Origin: Chrysemys picta bellii
Taxonomy: Eukaryota
Reading direction: 5' to 3'
DNA: 64,000 nucleotides
NCBI RefSeq assembly: GCF_011386835.1
Contig: NC_088813.1
Location: 12,400,001-12,464,000, forward strand
This document shows, piece by piece, positions 31,243 to 47,586 of this stretch. The notes under the pieces were generated by a model, which saw only the letters and a list, made by a program, of their open reading frames with translations, made no database searches and was not told where the DNA came from. Numbering within the stretch: the first letter of the stretch is position 1; each line of letters begins with the position of its first letter. A program made the position numbers and the translations under genes.

Positions 31243-34200
31243 TTATGACCCAAAGTGGGAGAGTCCAATCGACACCAGAACCATCAGACCCACAGTGATC
31301 ATTAGAGGCCAGCTCACAGCAGCAGCCAGCAGTGGCGGGGCTGCGACCTTCTTCTTTCGGGACACAGCGGTTGACGGCTTCTTTTTTTGCTTCTCTCTTA
31401 AGCACTCCAGCAGAAACGTCAAGTTATTGGGCGGAAAGAATTTGGTGCCAAACAGGTTGCATTTGGGAATGAAAAAATGAGGCAGATGAGCGGTTGCCAC
31501 CTGCTGAATGAAATTGGCCCGGACCCTTTCGAAACAGTGAGCAACGCTGGAGGGGTTCCCATCCTGGGCCTGCTTCCATTGCAGCAGCGTGTGAAAGAAA
31601 GACGTCTCAGCATGGTAGGAACTCAAAGGAGCCAGTTCCAAGGGGTGCTCTGTCTTCAGGGCTCCCAAAAGACTTTCCAGCATCTGCAGACATTCTGGCC
31701 TAGAGAGGAGAAAGCCACATTCTTGGCATTAGCAATTTCTGTTGCTATTGGGTCAAATCCCAAGCTCCTTACCGTTTTAATTCAGGCTGTGACCTCGGTG
31801 GGAATTTTGCCTAAGTAAGGGCCTGGGGGCCACAGTGTGGTAGGCATTTGACCTACGAGAATGTAAAAAAAGGGGACAAATGCTGCTCCTACAGAGTAAG
31901 TCAACGAAGTTAAATATAGCAACATTGGATTTATGCAGGTGTAACTGAGAGCAGACTCTATCCCAAGGTCCCTGCCCTAGAGAGCTGACAATCAATGGGC
32001 CCAATCTTGCAAATGCTGACTGCCAGGCATACCGTGAGCAGTCTCATTGACAGATGGGATTACTCAGAAAAGTAAGCATTACGCTCAGTAATAGTGTTTG
32101 GAGGATTGGGCTCTAATTAATGAGGTCTGCCTGGAGAAGGGGGAGGGGGGGTAATGCAGCTGAAGCAAGTGACAGAGTATTGATTTCAGTCTAGGTCTTA
32201 TTAGCTCCCTAGTTGTTGTTTGTTGTTGTTTTTAAATCACTATTAAAGTCTCAGCTATTTTACTTTCGCTAGAAGTTGAGCATGGATCACGCCTGGCTAG
32301 CGCTAAAGGGAAATGAATATACTCAAATGCATCATCATGTTCATTAATAATACTCTATACTTCGTTTGCACCTTCCGGCTGAGGATCCCAAAGCACTTCC
32401 CACAAATCAGGATCATTGCCCCCATTTTATGGGTGTGTGTGTGTGGGGGGGGAAACTGAGGCACAGACTGGTGCTGTGACTTGCCCAAGGCCCCACAGTG
32501 AGCCAGTGGCAGAGTGAGGAATAGAATCCAGGAGTCTAGATTCCCAACCCTGTGCTCTAGACACTCAGACTCCCAGCTGATAGCAATCAATGCTTTACAT
32601 TTCCATAGCACCTTCTCTGCAAGGATCTCAAAGTGCTTAACAAAAGAGGGTCCAGGTTCAAGTCAGGGTTTCCAGGGCAAAGAAAGTAAACTATGTCCAA
32701 CAAAACATGAAGTTACAGCACTGATGCTAGTCTGGCCTGTCTCGACCCGGGCTGGGGGATACAAAGACCTCTGGCCCAGCCCTGGCTTTCCAGACTTGCA
32801 GACATACTTGGTGTGGCAGTGGTTTGCCACATGCACGTACCTGCGGCACGTGGTCGTCTGACACTTCCGGGTGCTGGTGTGGCTTTTCAAAATCTCCTTT
32901 TCCACATGAGAGAAAGACATTTTCCAGGTCTCTGAAATAACAGCAACCCCAGTGTCAGCCTACACCTCCCTCAGCTGGGCACAGAAGCCAGGCAGCAGAG
33001 GACACTGTACAGGTGATGTGGAAATCATTTGTAATGTATTTTTGATTCCAGTATTGCCTGAGAAGTCACCCCTAACTGTGAAGCTCATAAAACAGCCCCA
33101 GGCCACTGGCTCACCCTCATCCCTCTCTCGTTCCCAGGGCTTCTTCACTCTTCCCTGTGCTATCCCTCCCCAGTTCGGAGTCCCCCCTCTCCTCCCATGC
33201 CTGCCACTCTCCTGGGAACACCTCCTGCTTCCTTGTGGGGTAGCTCTAGGTCGAGGACTTGAACTGAAGGGAAAAGGGGGAGACATCATTCCCCTCAATA
33301 CATGTTATGTATGGGCTCCACCGAGGTCTCCAGAACACACAAGCCCTGTCTCAGCATGGCATACCCCACCAGAGGCTAGAGATACTCTCTGCTGACTCTC
33401 TGCAGCTTTTCTTCTGGGAGACTAGCTTAAGGCCAGTGCATTTACCACAGTGGGATACAGAGAATGTGGGGGCGGCTTTGGCAGTGCTATGAAAAGAGAG
33501 GAGGGGGCATTGGCCCTGTGGGCTGTGTGGGTTCCTTCCCCTGAGGGGGTGTTCATTGTCCCAGCTCTGCACACTACTACACCCTTCTCCAAGCCTCAGC
33601 CTGACAACTCAATCCCTAAGCACTTTCCCAGGAGAACATGCTGTGGTGAGGGAGTTACCTTTGTTATCTTGACCAGGGGCCTGTTTAGCAATGAAATAGA
33701 GGGTCTTCCTCAGATATGGCTCCTTCTCCCCCAACAACTGCTTGACATCCATCCCTTCGTCATTTGAACTGGGCCATTGGCCAGAGATCTCCAGAGCAAG
33801 GACCAGGTCAATAGACATGAATGTGTCACCTCGGTTGTCCACCATCACTAGGGGCACCGCTGGGCTGTTCTGCTTTTTCCTCTCCAGCCTCATCTGCCAT
33901 CCAGGAAAAGGCACTGAGACACCAGACAGACAGTGGACAGACCAATGGGAGAGCTTAGAAAGAGGCAGTAATTCATCAAGGGGCTTGTTTGTGTTTAGAT
34001 CAATGTCAGCCAAAGAAACCAAACCAAACAGAAACTCAACCAAATCCCTTAGGGAAGGACTCCTAGTGGGGAACCCACAGCTTTCCCCAGAAGAGGGATG
34101 TGGGGGGAGGGATAGCTCAGTGGTTTGAGCATTGGCCTACTAAACCCAGCATTGTGAGCTCAGTCCCTGAGGGGGCCACTTAGGGATCTGGGGCAAAATC

Positions 34201-36764
34201 AGTACTTGGTCCTGCTAGTGAAGGCAGAGGGCTGGACTCAATGACCTTTCAAGGTCCCTTCCAGTTCTAGGAGATGGGATATCTCCATAAATGTATTTAT
34301 TTAGATGGAGTCCAGCTCACTCAGCTCTGTGTAGTGTGAAGGATCCCAACTTCAAGGGCCTAATACCTCAGCCTTTCACCTCTGGTGACCTGGGTTCAAA
34401 TCCTACTTGAGATCACGTGAAAATGAGCTTGTGGGTCTCAGCCTAGCCCCTACCTGAGCTACGCTGCAGCTGCTGCTATTTTAAGAATGACTTAGGCCTG
34501 GACGAGCAGGAGATGTCACAGGTCAGGATGGAAGGGGTGATCTGGGTAGCTCCAGCACGGGGACACTCACCTGAGTAGAACACTTTGATGAACTGATCCA
34601 AGTGCTGCCGGAACTCCGCCATGATGCTCCCTGGGGACACAGTCTGCCCGTCCTCCAGCAGGAAGGCGGCTGGAAAGCTGCGGGACTTTCTCAGCAGAGT
34701 CAGGGTGTAGAAGAGCCCATCGTACCCCTCCACCTCAGCGTACTGAATATAATCTGGAATCGGCAGGCTCAGCAGCACGTCAAAGTTATTCGGGTGCAAG
34801 GGCTGTAGACAGAGTCTCCTACTGGAGATGCTGCTGAATTCTTTTCAGGCGAATCCCCACTTCTCCTTTCCTCCACTCATCCCCTTGATCCCATCCCTTC
34901 TCACCCCTCCTTCCTGCTTTCATTCCCTCCCTGATCCAAACTCTCTAATGACCGCCTACCTCCCCTTTTCGCTGCTGCTGTCGCCCTAGAAGGCTCTGAC
35001 TGCTCCCACCACCTACCCTCCCTCTCCTTGTTACCTGGTAGCTGCTCCCCGACGTCAGTTCTCTCACATCCCTGAAGTAGGGTCTCTCGGGACACTCATT
35101 CAGGTAGCTAAAGAACTGTCGGAAGAAGGCATGGAGAAGATCGACTGCGTTGGCCCCATCCAGCTGTTTCAGGCGGAGGGACTTTGCCCTCTCTTTAATC
35201 CGGGTGAGGTTGTCTTTCTTCCAGTCTTGAAAGGTTCGCATTGCAGCTGAGGTCCCTGGTTTCTCACTCAGATCAGCGGAGGCATCTTGGGAATAGACCT
35301 GCCCCAGGTCTCCTAAAGGGAAACATTAGAGATGAGAGATCCCTGGCACTTCAGCCAGCTTCCTCCATATCAAACCATGCTGCTACTGCTTCTCCAATGC
35401 AAGTTTAGGTCCCGATCCTTCTTCCCTTGCTAAACTCCAATAGGGGGAGGAGCTGGGCCTCGTTTTGTGCAGCATCAGTCTTACAAACTGTCGTAAACGA
35501 TTTTGGCGGAAAGAGAAATTAAGGAGTGAAAGAGAAAGGAGACTTGAAATGTGATGGAGGAGTTGGAGACGTGGGGAAGCAGTTCCAGACAGCGGGTAAT
35601 GCAGAGGAGAACGCTCCCATGCAGTCAGTGGGAAGATTGCGAAAAGGAACAGCGGGAGTTGGCTGAGCAGAGGGAGCGGGAAAGAGGAGTAAAACGAGAT
35701 CAGATCTGTGAGGTCAGCTGGAGTAAACAGTGTCAGAGATGCCTTTATCTCAGTCTAAGGGAAGGCTGATGTGTGTGTTTTGTACTGCGAGATGCTGCAC
35801 CTCTGTTAATTCAGACCAATCATAAAAGAAGCCATGCTGGCATGGCTGATATCCACCTTCATTGCGGCTGCAGTGCCTAGCGTACTTACAGGACACTGCT
35901 AATGACAAGGAGAAGGTCCATGGTTTTGAGGTAATAGGATACTCTCCTCCCATAGTGCTGGATTCATCAGGAATTTAGGGATTACCGTATTATGGGGGTG
36001 GGGGACATCTAACCCAGTACCCTGTCTCTGACAGTAGATACTTCCAAAAAAGCATCACTCCATTCCCACCTACCGTAGACTCAGCTATTGTGCAGTATTT
36101 TACCACAGAAGGTAATTTCCTCCTGACCTCAGCCAGTGAGCAGTTTATACCCTGAAGCCTGAGGATCATTGGCCTGGAAAACTTTTAGCTGAATTAGTGT
36201 AAGTGCAGGTGCTATTCTTAATCAGCCAAATGCTTGCACTTTTAAAAGTCCAATTTGGGGTCCCACAGCCGACTCACCCACCCAACTCCCTCGAATCCCA
36301 AAGAGTGGGGAGAGGGGAGGACAATAACCCGTGTCATCTAGCTACCCCACCACATGCTGTGAGATCATCAAACTGAAAAACAGTGAAGCCTGGAGCATTT
36401 CTGAATGGCCATTTACAACCAGTGAAGGTCCAATAGAGATTCCCTGACCTGCAGCTTCCCTGTGGAGCTTGTCCAACTCCACCTTCCACCGGCTCTGGGT
36501 GCCAAGGCTCCGGAGCTGCTGGGAGGTCTCCGGAGGATGGGAGCCTAAACTGTCTAGGTTCCACTGCTTCCTTGCCCTGAGGTTTGAAGATTCGGCTGCT
36601 TCCAATGGGGACAGGGCTCGCTGGCTGGCTGTTCCCTCTGTGTCTCCTGGCTCTTTGCTTCTGCCGGCTCTGCCCTTCCTCTGAAGACCCTTCCATACCC
36701 TACGGTTCTTGGCCGGCGTAACATTGAGGGGCGGAGAGCTTGCACTTAGAGTCGGACCTGCCAT
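31243..36764 (-). CDS. Cyclic GMP-AMP synthase-like (cGAS/Mab-21 family) paralogue with C-terminal hydrophobic tail, 542 aa; complement join(36449..36764,35035..35312,34571..34802,33659..33913,32841..32931,31243..31699)
   Basis: Exons of 316/278/232/255/91/457 nt, all GT-AG with compatible phases 1,0,1,1,2, give 1629 nt with no internal stop. Motifs GSSYQ|PLHPNNFDV, SPAVPL, SIDLVLALE..QWPSS..EG, YFIAK, ETWKMSFSHVEKEIL, SSYHAETSFFH and HFFIPKCNLF match human cGAS in order. Exon 1 is inferred from phase match and Kozak context and is less certain than exons 2-6. Confidence 0.88.
34105..34301 (+). mobile_element. Tortoise polIII/SINE (tRNA-derived head, CR1-like tail)
   Basis: GGGATAGCTCAGTGGTTTGAGCATTGGCC A-box head; tail GGACTCAATGACCTTTCAAGGTCCCTTCCAGTTCTA; AT-rich end. 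Confidence 0.85.
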
Positions 36765-36909
36765 CTTGCATTTGGACCCTATGAGATTCAAAGAGAATCC
36801 AGGTGTTTATTGTGATTCCAGGTTTCTTTTCTGATCTCCGCCTCAGCCACCTCTGTGTCAGGAGAGAGGGATGCTGCCCTTAGTCATAAAAAAAATAATA
36901 ATGCAGGGC

Positions 36910-37020
36910 CAAGGCCGGCTCTACCATTTTTGCCGATCCAAGCAAAAAAAAAAAAAAAAAGCCGCCCGAACTGCCGCCCCAGGCACGTGCTTCCTCCGCT
37001 GGTGCCTGGAGCCGGCCCTG
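36910..37020. mobile_element. Short hAT MITE just upstream of the cGAS-like ATG
   Basis: TIRs CAAGGCCGGCTC / GAGCCGGCCCTG; 8-bp TSD TGCAGGGC. Confidence 0.85.
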
Positions 37021-39584
37021 TGCAGGGCCATGAAGCAATGTGTTCATTTCATTTTCCTCTTAGGAAATGGGCAAAGGGAACCCAAAGCAGCCGGCAGGAG
37101 AATTGCCTCACTGCATCCTACTCATGGCAACAATTAGCATTTCCACCATGCTTATCTTTAAAGAGCTGTACAGACATTAACCGGGGGATCCTCCCAGCAG
37201 CCTGTGACACAGATACATTATTAGCCCCGCTTTGGACCCTGGGAACCAGCCAGCCAAAGAGGTGAAGAGACTTGCCCAAGGCCACCCAGCAAGGCAGTGG
37301 TAGAACAGGACCTAGCCCTCAAGGAGCTCCTGGGTTCCAAATGTGTTGCCTCAGTCTCTACGCTGTTAGGGATATGGCTTTCTGTCCTGGCTAGGGGAAG
37401 CAAAGATACAAAACAGCCTTCAAACCCAGGCAGCTCTCACATGCTGCCCCCGATAGCAAAGTCACAGGAAATGATCACGTGACCTGGCCAAGAGAACAGG
37501 TTAGGGGACAGGCCAAGTCCATGATACGGGGCACCTTGGGGTCATTGTTAAATATTTCAGTGTGGGCTGTACAGGTGGGCACGTGCACGTAGCAAAACCA
37601 TAGGATGGTCAGAAAGGGGACAAGACCTTTGAGGCGCAAGCCGGGCAGATAAATGCCTCCCACATCCAATGACCGGACTGAACGTTGTGGCTTGCAGAAA
37701 ATCAGCATCACGCTGTGGTCTCCTAGTGGCCTGCTGAATGGCATAATTTGACAACCAAACAATGTGGGGCTTGGATGCTGATCCATAAGAGGACCCCTGG
37801 CTGACAAGGGGATCTGCTGTAATTGTTGGATGACCACTGGCATCCTCCCTTCTTCCCAGCTCTGACACACCTGCTTGCCCGTGGGATTCATGAAGAGTGC
37901 CTGCTCTTCCATTCTTTAATACCAGTTCACTCCTCCTTGCTCCCATGTCATATACCGTCTAGGCAGGGTAGTGGAGCTATAACCTTTTCACCTTCTCCAG
38001 CTGAGATCCAGCCAGCCACAAAGACCTCATCCAGCACCTTTCCGGCCAGAGGGCACATCTCAGCCCTCATGTGCCCAGCGGTCTCATCTGTCTCTTAAGA
38101 AGAGCATTCAGTTGTGCATTGGACTCATCTACAAGACATTCCAGGGGGCCCCTACATTGCTTTCAACAGGCAGCTGCTTCTTGTCAGGGCTAGATTTCTA
38201 GCAGGATCAGCAGACAGCTGGAGTTTCTGACTTCAGGACACATCCTAGGGCATTGCTGTCCTGTTTCATCCATGGGACAGTCTTTTGTAAGAGAACCATA
38301 GAGTTCAGCCTAGCCTACACTAGAAAGGGTTTTCTAGTACAGACATGCTTATAGCAGAAACTTCCCTGAACAGAATAAGCTACATTGGCAAAAGAACTTT
38401 TCTTTTTTTGCCGGTATAACTGCATATAGACTGGGGGCTTTTTGCCAGCATTAATATGTCAAAGCATCACCCCACTTAACTGACACTATTACACTGGCAA
38501 AAGTTTCTAGTGTAGACCTGGTCTTCCAGCCTGAGGACGCAGATGGGTTTGTGTCAGCGCTAGATTGCTCATTAGCAGTCAGTTGAAGCAATTGGATTAA
38601 TAATTTCATAGCCATCTGTCCAGACAGGGCCCAGCCACAGCCGTGGTGGAACGCCATTGACTGAGTTCCAGCAGGGCTGCCTTTGGCCCACCCTCGTGTA
38701 GGATTGCTCTTTTCAGAGATCAGCTGCAACCAGCGTCACTTTTGAAAAAAAAATTCTCAGCTACCACCTTTGTCTCTGGAGTCATTAATAAATTCTCAGT
38801 CACAGCCGGCTAATTTATTGTCCTGATTTTCTTCCTGCCTCAGGAAGAAAAGCAGCCAGTAGGGCCATTTAGTTGTTAGAGGGACAGTCAAAATTGGACA
38901 GACTAAGCTGGAGCCTTTCCATGCATTTGGTTCCCTGTACAAACCTATGCAAGTGTCCTCATGCCAGAGAGGAGTAACCCTCAAGAGAACACAGGCTGTC
39001 CTCATTTTCACGTAGCATCCCGAGAGTTGGGAGCAGAAGGACTTTCAGATTAGAAGACATGAGGCAAGTTCTGCCTTGAGGTATGTGCAGCTCTCTCTAC
39101 CCGTTACAGAAGCTGTCCCATGCACACAGGGACATTGGGTCTACCCCTCAGAAGTCCACAGGTGGGGGAGGTTTCTGCTGGGAGGGGTCCTAGGCTACAG
39201 ATACCTGGCTCCCCAAAATCCAGAATTGCTAGCTCTAGAGTGGCCCTCTGTGTCACTGCTCTATGAGAGGGACTACCCCCCCCCCCCACTTCACTTGAGG
39301 TTATGCACTGAGCCTGGACTGGACCCTCAGACCTAGAGAGCTCCTTAGCAAGGGCCAGCATCACCCATGGGAGTGTGAATGTGTGGCATTTAATAAAGGC
39401 ATGTTGCTACCATTTCTGTTCCTGCTGGAGTGACCCAAGATAGGAGGCAACGAACGAGGGAAGTATCTCAAGGGGAAAGAGGCCATAAAGAACCTTAAAA
39501 CATGGCTTAGAAGGAGCCATGGCACCATTTTAGCTAGCAGTACTAGATCTAGACACCACAAACCCATTTTATGCTATGAGCAGA

Positions 39585-39840
39585 TTCATCGATTTCAAGG
39601 CCAGAAGGGACCATTGTGATCTAGTCTGACCACCTGTGTAACATGGGCCAGAGACTTGTCCCAAAATAATTCCAAAAGCAGATCTTGATTGAAAAGTGGT
39701 CAGTGATGGATAATCCACTGTGACCCTGGGTAAGTTGTTCCAATGGTGAGTTGCCCTCACTACTAGAGATGTATGCTTTTCAGGCTGAATTTGTTTAGAT
39801 TCAGCTTCCAGCCCTTGGATTGTGGTCTTTCTCTGCAAGA
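39585..39840 (-). mobile_element. CR1 LINE 3' fragment
   Basis: GGCCAGAAGGGACCATTGTGATCTAGTCTGACC...GTAAGTTGTTCCAATGG is the reverse complement of a CR1 3' end. Confidence 0.6.
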
Positions 39841-40797
39841 TAGAGAGCTCATGACAGGGAAAAATGAATATGTAGTAGCTACTTAGCAGAAGGTGAAGGG
39901 GTGATATGATCAGTCTAAGGTGAGTGGATAGAGCCATCTCCTGCCAGAGGAGAGTGACCTGTACCTAGAAGGTAACTCAGATCTCTTAGAATCAAATGGC
40001 CAGTTTTTGGCCATCTTCTGCTAACCCTTCCCTGTTGGAAAATCCCACACTCTAGCATCAGTTCCTCTCATCACAGGTGTGTCAGTTGAAGCCCAGTGAT
40101 CTATGCCAGCCAAGATATTGCTTTTGTTTTAACAGCCTCTTTCATTACCCTCCCATCAGAAGCACCAGCTAGGGGCTCCAGGTTAAGCATCCAGCTTGGA
40201 GGGAGTAGTGACTGGCATGGAGGGTGCCTCACCCTAACTTGAACCCTCCCCCTCCATTTTCCAGCCCACATGTCCTCACAGGCACATGGTCTCCTCTGAA
40301 GGATTTTCTCCACCAAGAACTCCAAGCAATTCAAACCCACAATACCAGGAGATGCTCAGGGTCTTTTGATGGTGTTTCTCCAGCTTTGTGCTTACCCTCC
40401 CCTCCTGCTCTACTTCTCATCAGTCCTGCTTGTGAGCGTCTGATGCTGTTCTTCCTCCACTAGAGCCCTGCTACTGCTTGCGCCAGCGCCCACCAACTGC
40501 CCCCTTCAAACTGCCACTTGGAACCACACGGTCCACGTATTCCTGGGTGAGGAGGCTGAAGCCAAGACATTCTACTTGCTGGCTGAATGGTAGTGCGGGA
40601 GCAGCATATTTCTACCCCTTCTTCCATGGGAGAGTTGATAGGATCTATTGCCCCTCCAGCACTGGTTTGTCGTTAGGGGGCCTCTCCACCCAATCCTGGC
40701 TCCTGACATAGCCAAGAGGGCTGACAGATCACCCCAGCACACCCTCCAGAGGACGGGGTTACAGACACAGAGCCATGGTCATTTTTTAAATGGGCAG

Positions 40798-40803
40798 TTT
40801 ATT
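40798..40803 (-). terminator. Polyadenylation signal of eEF1A copy A
   Basis: AATAAA about 150 nt after the TGA. Confidence 0.75.
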
Positions 40804-40953
40804 CAGTGAGGACAGTTAGAAAAGTTAAAGTGCAAGGGGTCAGGCAGACCCATCCCACCCATGGCTTGGCCAGTGCCACTTGCTGAGGCTCAGTGCTGTA
40901 CAAGTCAGTCCAGATGGTGATTTTGCTTGTTGGGTTTTGGTGCTGCCCAGTCT

Positions 40954-46493
<5,540 letters not shown>

Positions 46494-47350
46494 TCAGCTC
46501 TGTCCCACCCAGAGCCACCTCAAGCTAGTAAGGATGTAGGTTTATTGCCAAGTACAGGTTTAATTGGGGACCAGGTTTCTAACTGAACAAGGAAGGTAGA
46601 GTGAGCAGAGTTGCTGGGAGGTCACTGGTCCCCACAAACATAGGTACCAGAGGCAATTAGGCTAGGAGAGTTTTTGGTCACTGACCAGGCCACCTGAGCA
46701 TTGTTGGCTACAAGACAGCTCCTGGAGGAAGTTGTATCACACACACACCTCTGAATGGTCACCCTACTACTGTGTGTGTGTGTGTGGGTATTAGAAGCCT
46801 ATATAAGAAAGAGACCCCAAAATCAGGACTGTCCCTATAAAATAGGAACATCTGGTCACCCTACCCAGCAGCAACCAGGCCCTCTGAACTGCCAAGTAGC
46901 CAGCACAGAATGCCATCTAGCAAGCAATCCTGCAAGAACAGTAGCCTCCTGTGACTGCCCTTCAGCCCAATTCACAGCACCTGCATCATTGTGGGAGGGC
47001 CCCTGTCTGAGCTCCGGGCAGTGCCAGTACAGGAGAGCTAAGAGGGGAGGGGTGAAGGGAACAGCTGTAGTCCCTCACTCAGGAAGTCAATGAGCAGGTG
47101 TCAGGCCACAATTAGCCTGTTCCTAGCCCAGACGGGCTACTAGGTCTGGGAAGAAAGCACCCTCCTGCCAGAGGTATCCTAGCAGGTACTTCCCTCTCCC
47201 CACCCACGGGAGAGTGGAAATCGCCCATCTCTAGCCCGTGGAGGAGGGAAAAGCCCAGGATCCCAGGGGAGCTCAGAACTGGACATGGACAAGCCCAGCT
47301 ATGAGCCCCAAGCACAGCAGAGACACAACCCCTACAGGGCCGGTACTTAC

Positions 47351-47586
47351 CTGAGTCACAGCCCAGGGAGAACAGCAGCTACGCTACTCAAGCGGCCCCT
47401 CCCAGTCCATTTAAACCTGGCCCGGGAGCGGGTACCAACCTGACCACGCCCCCTTCCGAATGCCCAGCACCAATCATTGACTCCGGGCTGGTTAGCTACG
47501 CCCCCTTGGAGCCACATGGAGAGAAACACGTGGAAGGGATAAACAAGGCAGATTAACAACACGTGGAAGGGATAAACAAGGCAGAT
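47351..47586 (-). promoter_or_regulatory. Promoter and non-coding exon 1 of eEF1A copy A
   Basis: Donor CAG|GTAAGT at 47351/47350; TATA-like TTTAAAT at 47415-47409; 33-bp-period direct repeat with CACGTG and ATAAACA at 47525-47586. The exon 2 acceptor is at 46427. Confidence 0.7.

Noticed and set aside
34105-34180. tRNA gene
   Set aside because: The tRNA-like A-box head continues into the known SINE body and CR1-like tail; no acceptor stem.
31243-36764. Calling the cGAS-like gene canonical CGAS or a pseudogene
   Set aside because: The neighbourhood is RPL11/ELOA rather than MTO1/DDX43 and the active site is altered, so it is not canonical CGAS; the fully open 1629-nt spliced frame with intact splice sites argues against a pseudogene.
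37475-37946. 145-aa and 129-aa ORFs upstream of the cGAS-like gene
   Set aside because: No homology or phase-compatible splice link to the gene; could be non-coding 5' exons but this is unsupported.
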